Notes under the pieces: model-generated
The model's database searches: none
What the model saw: the letters and a program-made list of their open reading frames with translations, nothing else
Told to the model about the DNA's origin: nothing
From: an uncultured candidate division Zixibacteria bacterium
Lineage (GTDB): Bacteria; Zixibacteria; MSB-5A5; GN15; FEB-12
DNA: 64,000 bases
Direction of reading: 5' to 3'
Assembly: GCA_963735035.1 (NCBI GenBank)
Contig: CAVTJJ010000004.1
Span: 544,001-608,000 of the forward strand
Shown here: one piece after another, positions 26,077 through 35,895 of the stretch
Layout of the letters: each line of letters starts with the position of its first letter
Position numbering within the stretch: position 1 is the first letter of the stretch
Position numbers and translations under genes: made by a program

Positions 26077-27159
26077 ATGTCTGCCACACGCCTCAATCAG
26101 ATCCGTGAAACGCTTCACCGCCAGAACCTGGACGGATTTGTTGTCATCAATCGGAATCAGGTTCGCTACCTGACCGGATTCTGCGGCCACGAAGACCTCG
26201 ACGGTTTGCTGATGCTCTCGGGGGAAAAGGCCCTGTTGCTTACCGATTCCAGGTACACTATCGACGCGAAGAGAACTGTCAAAGGCGCCAAAGTACATAT
26301 CGTTACGGGTGCCAAGACGGCCGCCCTCAAGGATTTTCCAGTTCTGACCGGACGTAATCAGCGTCTTGGCTTTGATCCGGCGACCACCACCCAGGCGGTT
26401 TTGGATCAAGTTCGCAAGTCACTTACGGGAAGCCTTCTGATCCCATCCGACGATGTCCTGGCCGAGCTGGGTTGGGTAAAGGACAAGGGCGAGATTGCCT
26501 CGATCCAGAAGGCCGTCGATGTCTCCGACCGTGCTTTCGAGCGGATTCTCAATATCGTTAAGCCGGGAATCAGGGAGCGGGATTTGGCCGCGGAACTCGA
26601 ATACCAAATGATGATGCTCGGCTCGGAGAGAGCTTCTTTTGAGACCATTGTAGCTTCAGGTCACCGGTCGGCCATGCCCCACGGGCTGGCTTCAGCCAAG
26701 AGGCTCCGCAAGGGCGAGTTTGTGACGATTGACTTCGGGGCGACTGTCGACGGTTACGTTTCTGACATTACACGCACAGTGGTGGTGGGTAAAGCGTCCG
26801 CTCAGCAGAAGAAGGTCTACGGGATAGTGCTGAAAGCCCAGATGGCGGCTATCCGGAAGGTTCGGCACGGGGCTAGCGGCAAGGCGGTAGACAAGATCGC
26901 ACGGGACATTATCACGGCCGCGGGCTACGGCAAGAATTTCGGTCACGGGACCGGCCACGGGATAGGAATCGAGGTCCATACCGGGCCGGGTCTGTCTCCG
27001 CGAATTGATTGTAAGCTCAAGGCAGGCAACGTCGTAACGGTCGAGCCGGGAATCTATATCAGCGGTTGGGGTGGGGTCCGGATTGAGGACGATGTCCTGG
27101 TGACGCGGTCCGGCCACCGGGTGCTTAACCGGGCGCCAAAAAAATTGTTGGAGGTATAA
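26077..27159 (+). CDS. Xaa-Pro aminopeptidase (M24B)
   Basis: SFETIVASG, PHG, IDFGA, SDITRT, HGTGHGIGIEVH, TVEPGIY, GVRIEDD. Confidence 0.93.
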   Translation: MSATRLNQIRETLHRQNLDGFVVINRNQVRYLTGFCGHEDLDGLLMLSGEKALLLTDSRYTIDAKRTVKGAKVHIVTGAKTAALKDFPVLTGRNQRLGFDPATTTQAVLDQVRKSLTGSLLIPSDDVLAELGWVKDKGEIASIQKAVDVSDRAFERILNIVKPGIRERDLAAELEYQMMMLGSERASFETIVASGHRSAMPHGLASAKRLRKGEFVTIDFGATVDGYVSDITRTVVVGKASAQQKKVYGIVLKAQMAAIRKVRHGASGKAVDKIARDIITAAGYGKNFGHGTGHGIGIEVHTGPGLSPRIDCKLKAGNVVTVEPGIYISGWGGVRIEDDVLVTRSGHRVLNRAPKKLLEV

Positions 27160-27246
27160 CGGGAAAGGGGTATTTTTGCGCTTGCCCGGAGAGTATGCTT
27201 TTTAAGGTCCCTGCCAGTCGTTAACAGCCGGCAGGGCGGAGTTTTA

Positions 27247-27741
27247 ATGAGAGAAAAGTACATCAGAAGTTTAATACGTCTGGTTGAAGAGTCAGATATA
27301 GAATCGCTGGAGGTCTCCAGTTGGGGCCGCAAGGTCCGGATCACCCAGCGTCTTGGCGCCAGTCCCAACGGGCACAACAACGGCAGCGGCGGGACTTACC
27401 AGCCGACTGTCTCAGTTGTCGCCTCATCCCCCTCGGCGGCCCCGGTCCGGGAAGTCGCCCTTGAACCAACCCAGCCAGTTGCCGATAATACCAGTAGCCT
27501 GGTGGAGGTCAAGTCTCCGATGGTGGGCACGTTTTACAGGGCTCCGGCGCCTGACGCCGACCCGTACGTCTCGCCTAACGAGCGGATCACCGAAGGCCAG
27601 GTGGTGTGTATTGTCGAAGCAATGAAACTGATGAACGAGATTGAGTCGGAAGTCAGTGGTCGGGTGGTCAAAATCCTGGTTGAAAACGGCAAGCCGGTGG
27701 AATTCGGCCAGGTTCTTTTCTTGATCGATCCCAATAACTGA
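27247..27741 (+). CDS. accB: Acetyl-CoA carboxylase biotin carboxyl carrier protein
   Basis: KSPMVGTFYRAP, EAMKLMNEIE biotinylation motif, PVEFGQ. Confidence 0.95.
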   Translation: MREKYIRSLIRLVEESDIESLEVSSWGRKVRITQRLGASPNGHNNGSGGTYQPTVSVVASSPSAAPVREVALEPTQPVADNTSSLVEVKSPMVGTFYRAPAPDADPYVSPNERITEGQVVCIVEAMKLMNEIESEVSGRVVKILVENGKPVEFGQVLFLIDPNN

Positions 27742-27766
27742 CCCGATTCTCGGGAAAGGGATCTTC

Positions 27767-28936
27767 ATGAATCTCAAGCAAATGCTGGTTGAGATGCTCA
27801 ACCGCAAGGCTTCGGATTTGCATATCCGTGTAGGCATCCGCCCCCATCTGCGCGTCAACGGCACCCTGCAACAGATAGAAACCGATCCGATTACGATCGA
27901 GACCATGGAGCAGGTAGTAGGGCAGATCCTCAACGAAAAGCAGTTCGAGCGTTTCCAGCGCAAGAACGAAATGGATCTGGCCCTCTCGGTCGCCAAGCTG
28001 GGACGATTCCGTATCAACCTGTTTCGACAACGCGGCACGACCGGTATTGCGATCCGTGCGGTTAACACCGTGGTCCCGAGCTTCGAAGAACTCAACCTGC
28101 CCAAAGTAGTGCGCGATCTGTCAAAGGAACGGCGCGGTCTGGTGATTGTCACCGGTACCACCGGTTCAGGTAAATCGACGTCGCTGGCGGCGGTCATTGA
28201 AGAAATCAATGCGACTTCCCCGATGAACATCATGACGGTGGAAGACCCGATCGAATATATCTACCGTGACAAGAGGGCGATTATCTCCCAGCGCGAGGTC
28301 GGGGGCGATACCGAATCGTTCGCTACGGCCCTGCGCCACGCTTTTCGTCAGGACCCGGACGCTATCCTTATCGGTGAGGTCCGCGATCTGGAGACGATGT
28401 CGATCGCGTTGACCGCGGCCGATACCGGTCACCTGGTCATGACCACGCTACATACTCTGAATGTCGTCGAGACGATCACCCGTATCGTCTCGTTCTTCCC
28501 GCCGCACCAGCATCAGCAGATTCGTCTCTTGTTGGCCGGCACGCTCAAGGCGATTGTCTGCCAGCGACTGCTGGCCCGTCACGATATGCCCGGCCGTGTT
28601 CCGGCCCTTGAAATCATGGTAAACCACGGCGCCATCAAAGAGTGCATCATGGATCCGGACAAGACGGTGGATATCCCGGACCTGATGGAAGCGGGCAATG
28701 TCCAATACGGCATGCAGACATTCGATCAATCCATTATGCGGCTGTACAAACAGGGGTTGATATCGTTCGAAGAAGCGATGGCGAACGCCTCCAACCCGGA
28801 CGATCTCGATCTGCGGCTTAAAGGTATCGTGGGAGCGGCCGACCGCTGGGCCGACGAAGGCAACAAGAGCGAATCGGCGGCGCCGTCGCCAATCCAACGT
28901 TCCACGGAATTGCCGGGCGGTTTCGCGAAGTACTAG
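27767..28936 (+). CDS. PilT/PilU family type IV pilus retraction ATPase
   Basis: ASDLH, GTTGSGKST, EDPIE, QREVG.DT, RQDPD.ILIGE.RD, TGHLV..TLH, GMQTFDQ. Confidence 0.92.
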   Translation: MNLKQMLVEMLNRKASDLHIRVGIRPHLRVNGTLQQIETDPITIETMEQVVGQILNEKQFERFQRKNEMDLALSVAKLGRFRINLFRQRGTTGIAIRAVNTVVPSFEELNLPKVVRDLSKERRGLVIVTGTTGSGKSTSLAAVIEEINATSPMNIMTVEDPIEYIYRDKRAIISQREVGGDTESFATALRHAFRQDPDAILIGEVRDLETMSIALTAADTGHLVMTTLHTLNVVETITRIVSFFPPHQHQQIRLLLAGTLKAIVCQRLLARHDMPGRVPALEIMVNHGAIKECIMDPDKTVDIPDLMEAGNVQYGMQTFDQSIMRLYKQGLISFEEAMANASNPDDLDLRLKGIVGAADRWADEGNKSESAAPSPIQRSTELPGGFAKY

Positions 28937-28941
28937 TAGTT

Positions 28942-29022
28942 GTAGGTCAGGCGGACTTGACGCCTGACATTTTCGATCGGCCGCAAATAATAGCAGTCAG
29001 GCCCCGAGTAGGCCTGACCTAC
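28942..29022. repeat. Inverted pair of GTAG-type REP elements
   Basis: GTAG-GTCAGGCG..CGCCTGAC (28942-28968) facing GTCAGGCC..GGCCTGAC-CTAC (28996-29022). Confidence 0.75.
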
Positions 29023-29039
29023 AAATTCTGAACACAAAC

Positions 29040-29082
29040 AAAAAATGCCGTCAGACATCCGTGCCTGACGGCATTTCGTTTT
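29040..29082. terminator. Bidirectional terminator between convergent genes
   Basis: A-tract, AAATGCCGTCAG..CTGACGGCATTT stem, T-rich tail; the same hairpin family recurs at ~38170 and ~38420. Confidence 0.65.
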
Positions 29083-29147
29083 CGCTGACTTCGCTTCCCT
29101 GCGCTACGGTGGGTGGTCTGATGACGTTAACACGGCCAGGTTACTCC

Positions 29148-29972
29148 TCAGTGTTTCCTCATTTGTAGATGCTTACGGATCTTTCCGAGAGTTACTTCGA
29201 AGGCGGTCGGGATCGAATCGGTCAGAGCCGGCAAGGTCGTGATAGACTTCAGATTCGAACGGACGACGAATACCTTGTCAGTCATCGTCACCATGATTTG
29301 GATGTGATATCGTCCACCCTCCTGACCGTTGGGCCCGGTGATGACCGCCCGGCAATAGAGAATGTCATCTTTCATGGGATCGAGGACCGACGCGGCGTCG
29401 CGCACTCGATCGGCCAGGTGGGCCGACTCGTCCATGTGGCAGAAGACCACATCGATCGGCAAGGCCCGATAGTGATCGCTCAGCACCGGCTTGAGTGACC
29501 AGTTGTCACCCCTCGACGGACTAAGGACCAGGATTTCCCGGATGCGCTCAATGAGCAGGTCGATATCAAACGGTTTGTCGAACATCCCCGCCGCCCCCAA
29601 CCGCTCCGCCTGCTGATGGATTTCGTCATTACCGAAGGCAGTGATCAGGATCATGGGGACATACCACTCGGTCTCGTGGATTCCCTCAAGGACTTCAAGA
29701 CCAGTCACACCCGGCATGCGAATATCAGAAACAATCAGATCGAAATCGTCCGGTTCGCCGGACAGAACCGGATGCCCCAGATTGTCGAGCAATTGGTACC
29801 CGTCGGCGCACTCCACCGTGTTGAATCCCGCGTTTTGCAATCTCCAGACAAGCAGCCGCCGCATTTCGGCGTCATCCTCCGCTACTAGGATTCTGGGCAT
29901 ACGAACAGCACTCGGTGAAATTTCAATCCCCTCGGCTTCAGTGGCAGTCTGCTTCCTGGTACGTGTGATCAT
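29148..29972 (-). CDS. Response regulator receiver fused to an HPF/RaiA-like C-terminal domain
   Basis: REC: ILVAEDD, SDIRMPG, ITAFG, KPFD; C-terminal ~105 aa resembles HPF-like fold (IDVVF..M..S.......I..C..VI..P....GRYHIQI.VT.....VV....AF......I). Confidence 0.7.
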   Translation of the reverse strand: MITRTRKQTATEAEGIEISPSAVRMPRILVAEDDAEMRRLLVWRLQNAGFNTVECADGYQLLDNLGHPVLSGEPDDFDLIVSDIRMPGVTGLEVLEGIHETEWYVPMILITAFGNDEIHQQAERLGAAGMFDKPFDIDLLIERIREILVLSPSRGDNWSLKPVLSDHYRALPIDVVFCHMDESAHLADRVRDAASVLDPMKDDILYCRAVITGPNGQEGGRYHIQIMVTMTDKVFVVRSNLKSITTLPALTDSIPTAFEVTLGKIRKHLQMRKH

Positions 29973-30025
29973 GGTGATTTCCTTGGTTATGTGCGATTAG
30001 GTAAGACATTTCAAGCAATTGACAA

Positions 30026-30042
30026 GGCACGTCCCGTGCCGA
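30026..30042 (-). promoter_or_regulatory. Putative sigma54 -24/-12 promoter
   Basis: Minus strand TCGGCACGGGACGTGCC = GG-N10-GC with GGCACG, ~55 nt upstream of the 29972 start; neighbour is a sigma54 activator. Confidence 0.5.
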
Positions 30043-30325
30043 GGGGTAATGTGTTGCGGGATATCAGCTTAATCAATTGACCGGATTGGGGCATTTCGCC
30101 TCGGATCGAGGGAAGGGGAGTAGGCTTTTGGTCCCACGTGTCGATGAAGTCATTGGGGGGCATCAGGGCAGCAGTTATGTGGCAGGATGCCCCACTGGGG
30201 AGGAAAGCTACACTTTGACCGGGCTCAAATCTAGTACCTGAAGGTATAATATGGAGCGTTAAAGTCAGGGAAAGTATTTCGAACGACTTGACCGAATCTC
30301 AAAAGTTTCAAATGGATCGATAAGA

Positions 30326-31792
30326 ATGAAACTAGCCATCAGACTCACCGCCGCCATCATGTTTGCTCTGACCTGCCTCATGGTTGTGCATACGTATCTC
30401 ATAGTTCAGCGAGAGATCGATCTGTTCAGCAATGACATGGATCGTCATGCGTATCTGGTAGGCAAAGCTCTGGCTGCGGCCGTCCCGGAGATGTGGTCGG
30501 CCGGAGGCGCGGAACGGGTGCGCCAGTTGATTCGAGACGCCAATCGTACGGAAGATCCTCTTACGGCGCGATGGGTGTTTGTCGATTCTACGGCGCCGCC
30601 TCCTTTTCGACCGACGCTTCCTATTTCCGATTTGAAATTGCTCTTTTCCGGACAGGAGATAGTGAAACATGTCCGGCCTGAGAACAGCAATCCGAGTATC
30701 GTTGCGTATTTCCCGCTATCCCTCCGTGGGCGCGAGCTTTCGGCCATTGAAGTTACCGAGCCGCTGGCCGCAATGTACGACTACATAAGCAGCACTCTAT
30801 TGCGCAACTCGATTCTCCTTCTGGCGGTCATACTGGTCGGCGGATTGATTGTCTGGATCCTCGGCGTCCGCATGGTCGGACAGCCCGTTCGGGCGATGGT
30901 TCAGTTTGCGGAGAGTGTAGGACAGGGGAATTTCGACCGCCACGTAGACCTGCCCGCCCGAGGCGATGAACTGAACAGCCTGGGTTCGGGCCTCAACAGC
31001 ATGGTGGATCACCTCAGCGAATCACGACGCCGGCTCAATCAGGAAATACAAAAACAACTCGAGACGCTGGAGCAGCTTCACCATGTCGAAAGGCTGACTA
31101 CGGCCGGCAAGATGGCATCCGGTCTGGCCCACGAACTGGGAACGCCTCTTAATGTCGTGTCGGGACGGGCCAAGATGATTGCCTCCCATGATCTGAAACC
31201 CGAGGAGATAAAAGAGAGCGCCTCGATCATTGCTGAGCAGGCTGACCGGATGGCGGGTCTGATTCGCCGCCTGCTCGATTTTGTCCGCCACGGGGGAACT
31301 CTTCGTCAGACCGTGGACACGTCTCAGTTACTGGCTCGCGTCGTAGGTCTGCTCGAACCGATGGCTCAGCAATCCAAAGTCACTCTGAGTCTTCGCGACG
31401 AAGGAGATGATCTGAAGGTTCGGGCCGACCGGGAACAACTTCAGCAGGTAATGACGAATATTATCGTGAATGCGATCAACGCCATGCCTAAAGGCGGACG
31501 GGTGGAAATCAGTGTGTGCGCTCAACGGACCAGGCCGCCGGTTGACATGGGCGGTGATGAAGCCATGTTCGCGTGCATCACGGTCGCGGATGAAGGTGTG
31601 GGCATCCCGGAAGAAAATCTACAGCGCATCTTCATGCCGTTCTTCACGACCATGGAAGTCGGCAAGGGCACGGGTCTGGGGCTCTCCATTGCGCATGGGA
31701 TTGTCCGCGACCACGGCGGATGGATAGAGGTCAAGAGCACCGTGGACAAAGGCAGCGAGTTCACGATACATCTGCCGCTGGAGGAAAAATGA
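30326..31792 (+). CDS. HAMP-domain sensor histidine kinase
   Basis: Two TMs, HAMP (DEL..L...LN.M), H-box LAHELGTPLN, N-box, DEGVGI, PFFTT, GTGLGL. Confidence 0.93.
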   Translation: MKLAIRLTAAIMFALTCLMVVHTYLIVQREIDLFSNDMDRHAYLVGKALAAAVPEMWSAGGAERVRQLIRDANRTEDPLTARWVFVDSTAPPPFRPTLPISDLKLLFSGQEIVKHVRPENSNPSIVAYFPLSLRGRELSAIEVTEPLAAMYDYISSTLLRNSILLLAVILVGGLIVWILGVRMVGQPVRAMVQFAESVGQGNFDRHVDLPARGDELNSLGSGLNSMVDHLSESRRRLNQEIQKQLETLEQLHHVERLTTAGKMASGLAHELGTPLNVVSGRAKMIASHDLKPEEIKESASIIAEQADRMAGLIRRLLDFVRHGGTLRQTVDTSQLLARVVGLLEPMAQQSKVTLSLRDEGDDLKVRADREQLQQVMTNIIVNAINAMPKGGRVEISVCAQRTRPPVDMGGDEAMFACITVADEGVGIPEENLQRIFMPFFTTMEVGKGTGLGLSIAHGIVRDHGGWIEVKSTVDKGSEFTIHLPLEEK

Positions 31793-33165
31793 CCGGACAC
31801 ATTCTGGTAGTGGACGACGATAAGGCCACCTGTGCGATGCTGTCCGAAGGGCTGAAGCGGCACGGGTTCGAAGTCACTTCGTTTTCTTCGGCGGATGAGG
31901 CAGCTGCAGTTCTGACTCAGATCCCGTTCGATGTTCTTCTCACCGACTTTCACATGCCCGGAATTGGCGGGCTCGAACTCTGCAAGCGGGCGGCCGCGAA
32001 TTTCCCGGACAAGCCGGTCGTAGTCGTGACAGCTTTTGGCAGTTTGGAAACAGCGGTATCGGCCCTGAGAGCCGGCGCCTATGATTTTGTCTCGAAACCG
32101 TTCGATATTGACACTCTGGCGCTGTCATTGGAACGGGCAGTCAAGCAACGCGCCCTGCTGGAGCAGATCCGAGTCCTGAGCCGGACAGTCGATGAGACCC
32201 GACGGTTCGATGATCTGATCGGGACCAGTCAACCTATGGAGCGGCTCTATGAACTCATTCAGCGCATCGCTCATTTGGATTCCTCGGTACTGATAACGGG
32301 GGAAACCGGCACGGGCAAGGAGCTGGTGGCGCGTTCGCTGCATACACGTGGCTCGCGTCGCGAGGGTCTGTTTGTCGCCCTGAATTGTGCGTCGGTGCCC
32401 GCAACTCTTCTGGAGAGTGAGTTGTTCGGACACACCGGCGGGGCGTTCACCGGAGCGACTGGCCCGAGGGAAGGCCTCATGGTGAAGGCGAGCGGCGGGA
32501 CGCTGTTTCTCGATGAAATATCGGAAATGCCTCTGGAAGTTCAGCCGAAGATTCTTCGGGCAATCGAACAGCGCACGGTACGGCCGCTCGGCAGCGATAA
32601 GGAGATTCCGTTCGACGTGCGTATCATCGCCGCAACGAACCGCGACCTTGACGATGACGTACAGAAAGGGCGATTCCGACTCGATTTGCTTTACCGGATG
32701 AATGTGATTCAGATCGATCTGCCGCCACTGCGTGAACGAGGTAATGACATTCTTCTGCTGGCCCAGCGGTTTGTGGAGCATTTCTCGGCAATGACCGGGC
32801 GGAAAGTGGATGGCCTCACGGCCCCGGCGGCCGAGAAGATGCTCGCTTATCATTGGCCGGGAAATGTTCGCGAGCTGCGCAACTGTATGGAACGGTGTGT
32901 ATCACTGACGCAGCACTCACGCATCATTGTCGACGATTTGCCTGAGAAGATTCGCAATTATGCTCATGCATCGAGCAGTGCGGGGCCGGGTGATGTTTCG
33001 GAAATAGTGCCGCTGGCAGTAGTAGAGCAACGGTACATCGAGACGGTGATGCAGTTGGTTCAGGGGAACAAAGCGAAAGCGGCGCGTCTGCTCGGACTCG
33101 ACCGGAAGACGCTGTATCGCAAACTGGGGCAGGGGGATGCTGAGGCGGGCGAGAAGTCACCCTGA
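31789..33165 (+). CDS. Sigma54-dependent response regulator (NtrC/AtoC/ZraR-like)
   Basis: REC, GETGTGKE, ESELFGH..GAFTGA, LFLDEI, WPGNVREL, Fis HTH; start set to ATG 31789 (GGAGG RBS, ATGA overlap). Confidence 0.94.
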   Translation: MTGHILVVDDDKATCAMLSEGLKRHGFEVTSFSSADEAAAVLTQIPFDVLLTDFHMPGIGGLELCKRAAANFPDKPVVVVTAFGSLETAVSALRAGAYDFVSKPFDIDTLALSLERAVKQRALLEQIRVLSRTVDETRRFDDLIGTSQPMERLYELIQRIAHLDSSVLITGETGTGKELVARSLHTRGSRREGLFVALNCASVPATLLESELFGHTGGAFTGATGPREGLMVKASGGTLFLDEISEMPLEVQPKILRAIEQRTVRPLGSDKEIPFDVRIIAATNRDLDDDVQKGRFRLDLLYRMNVIQIDLPPLRERGNDILLLAQRFVEHFSAMTGRKVDGLTAPAAEKMLAYHWPGNVRELRNCMERCVSLTQHSRIIVDDLPEKIRNYAHASSSAGPGDVSEIVPLAVVEQRYIETVMQLVQGNKAKAARLLGLDRKTLYRKLGQGDAEAGEKSP

Positions 33166-33272
33166 GCCTGTCGAAGGGACCACAGTTGCGTCAGGTCCTG
33201 CCGAGTCCGACGAAGTCGGAGGAGGTGTGACCTGACGCGTAAGGCTCACGGGGTTCAAGCGCGTCGGGCTTA

Positions 33273-34134
33273 TCACTTGTCCGGGAAGAGAAACGAGTCT
33301 GTAATACCTCGACTCTCAAGATAGCTGGATACATTCTCCTCTGTCCCTGCGGGCAGTATCAGTTCTACGACAATAGTCTCATCGGCTAGTTCCTTCTCTC
33401 GCAATCGCCATTGAGTCTCGAGGTCGTACCTGAGATCCATTTGGGCGAAGTAGACTGCTCGTTGATTGTCAGCCCTGTCGCACGCGATTTGCACTTGTGG
33501 GTGGAACATCAGTGGGCAGCCAAGGGCTTTGCCTGAATTGCCGGTCTCACGCATCTTCTCCAATATTTCGCTTACAGGTATGTTTTGGAAAGTTCTCCCT
33601 GTCGCATACGAATCACAAATAAATACTGCGCCGTCGCCGCATCTATGTAGGTTTGCAAAGTACAGCGCTACATCAGAAGATTGCGACCAATCCATGAGGT
33701 TCGAACCCAAAAGGGGAGGACGGTCCTCTTTAGGATACTGTTGATGCCTCTTCATAAGTTCAAACCATGGGTCGATTCCATGCTCACGCCGGGCAGATTC
33801 GAGTTCACCAGAGGGCACAACCTGAACTCCATATTTGAAGAGATAGAGGTTCAACAATGCGTAGTGTAGCTCCGAGGATTGAGCGACTGGCTCTGAAAAG
33901 CACGGCCCCGATCGGTATCTCAAAAACACGTTCCTTGCACGAGCGGGCGAATTTTGAATCTAGCGTCCAGCCTCTATTGCTGTGACCGCGGTAAACTGGT
34001 AGTGGGTGTGGCCCCGTGCATGAGTTCGTGAGATGGTGGAGTTCTTCAAGGAAGCCATCAAAGGAACAGGGAATCCACTCCTTTGTTTCTTGGTCTACGA
34101 CAGTGTCAGAGCGATTCGGTTTCAAATTCTTCAT
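33273..34134 (-). pseudogene. FRG-domain protein split by a frameshift near 33895
   Basis: Upstream frame has VYRGH....W.L.S; downstream frame has QQY..SNLMDWS....VALYFAN; the frames overlap at 33805-33929. Confidence 0.7.
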
Positions 34135-34508
34135 ATAAGTGCCAATTCCTCTCCAGTCTCAGTTACGTTGGCGTCTGTACCGAGTCCTCCATGCCGTAAC
34201 TCGCACTTGTCTAAAGAGTAGAGAAGCTTGCAGGCTAAGTCAATCACATTGAAAGAATCGAGTTTAGGCCTAAGACCGGCAGATGTGGACATCTGCCGGG
34301 CACGGTTGGGGGCAGACGAGGCCCCCCGATCAAGTCGGGGGGAGGCTCTGCCACCCACTACACTCTTGCCTCTTTGTTGTTGCGCGGCATCGTGGTTTAC
34401 CGCATATAACCCCTATCGCGCTCGAATTGAATCGTTTTCAGCACTGATCGATTTTCTTGAATAAGAGCGCCATCGTCAGGTATTGACAGGACAGAAAGGA
34501 ATCAAACT

Positions 34509-35126
34509 ATGAGAATTGTTGGAATAGTCCTCGCCGCCCTCGTTTTGCTGGCCATTATCGCCGGGTTCTGGATCTGGTCCGGCCGTGGCGGCCTGATCGA
34601 TCGCTCCCAGGGGGTCGATGAAAAATGGGCGCAGGTGCAAAACGTCTACCAGCGTCGGTTCGACCTCGTCCCAAACCTGGTCGCCTCGGTTGACAACTTC
34701 ATGCAGCGACAGCAACAGACCCTGACGGATGTTATTGGCATGCGTCAGCGGGTGATCGATTTGAAAGGTCAAGCGCAGTCGGCTCTTGGTGCACAGAACC
34801 CGGTCCTGCTGGATTCGCTCGCGGGGGCGCTTTCGAAACAGTTGAACTCGTTCATCAACGTGGTGGTGGAACGGTACCCGGAGATCAAAGGAGATCAACT
34901 CTATTCTGATTTGATGACCCAGCTCGAAGGGACCGAAAACCGTATTGCCCAGGAACGTCGCACTTACAACGAATCGGTTCGTGAGTACAATGTCTTCCGT
35001 CAGAAGGGCATCAAGGCGCTGATCGCGGGAAGTATTTTCGGATTCCCGTATGAGAAGACTTTCTTTGCCGCACAGGCCGAGGCGCAGACCGCGCCGAGTG
35101 TGAAAGATATTTTCGAGAAAAAGTAA
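34509..35126 (+). CDS. lemA: LemA family protein
   Basis: WAQVQNVYQRRFDLVPNLV, VERYP, QLEGTENRIA.ER..YN. Confidence 0.93.
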   Translation: MRIVGIVLAALVLLAIIAGFWIWSGRGGLIDRSQGVDEKWAQVQNVYQRRFDLVPNLVASVDNFMQRQQQTLTDVIGMRQRVIDLKGQAQSALGAQNPVLLDSLAGALSKQLNSFINVVVERYPEIKGDQLYSDLMTQLEGTENRIAQERRTYNESVREYNVFRQKGIKALIAGSIFGFPYEKTFFAAQAEAQTAPSVKDIFEKK

Positions 35127-35140
35127 GCGGGTAAGACCCT

Positions 35141-35881
35141 GTGAAGAAATTTCTCTCTGCGATAATTCTGGTTCTGGCGGCGGTTAGTATTCTGACCGCC
35201 GCTGAACTTCCCGCCTATAAAGGATCGATCAACGATCTGGCGGGCGTGCTGAATCGAAGCGATATCGAGAATCTCGAAGCGAAAGTGCTTGGGTATCGTC
35301 AGCAGACCGGCACCGAGATCGGCGTGTTGATCATACCGACTCTCGGCGACCAGGGGCTGGAAGATTACGCTCACGACGTATACAAAGCGTGGGGGATCGG
35401 CCAGAAGGACAAGAACAACGGCGTGTTGTTCCTGGTCGCGGTCAACGACAAGAAGGCTCGAGTCGAGGTCGGCTACGGTCTCGAAGGCGAGCTGACCGAT
35501 CTGGAAAGCGGCCGCCTGGTGAACAAGACGTCGCCGATGGCGCAATTCTTCCGTCAGGGCGATTATGCGGGTGGCGTCGGAGCAGTGCTGGACGGAATCG
35601 TACAGGCCATCGGTGGCGAGTACAATCCACCGCCGGTGAAACCTAAGGCCAAGGATGGGTTCTCGCTTCTGGCGATGCCATTCTTGATCGGCGCGGCTAT
35701 TCTGATGAACCTCTTTCGCCGGAGACGGTTTACCGGGAGTAGATTTGGCGGTCGCGGCGGGTTCGGTGGACCGTTCATAGGTGGTTTTGGTGGGTTTGGC
35801 GGGGGATCGTCCGGAGGTGGGGGCGGGTTCAGTTTTGGCGGTGGAAGTTCAGGCGGCGGCGGCGCCAGCGGCGGCTGGTAG
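35141..35881 (+). CDS. TPM domain protein with Gly-rich tail
   Basis: INDLAGVL, WGIGQKDKNNGVLFLVA, EVGYGLEG, GGGSSGGGGASGGW. Confidence 0.9.
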   Translation: MKKFLSAIILVLAAVSILTAAELPAYKGSINDLAGVLNRSDIENLEAKVLGYRQQTGTEIGVLIIPTLGDQGLEDYAHDVYKAWGIGQKDKNNGVLFLVAVNDKKARVEVGYGLEGELTDLESGRLVNKTSPMAQFFRQGDYAGGVGAVLDGIVQAIGGEYNPPPVKPKAKDGFSLLAMPFLIGAAILMNLFRRRRFTGSRFGGRGGFGGPFIGGFGGFGGGSSGGGGGFSFGGGSSGGGGASGGW

Positions 35882-35895
35882 GAGGCTGACAATTT

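Noticed and set aside
35740..35881. GGC/GGT low-complexity repeat
   Set aside because: Encodes the normal Gly-rich tail of TPM-domain proteins
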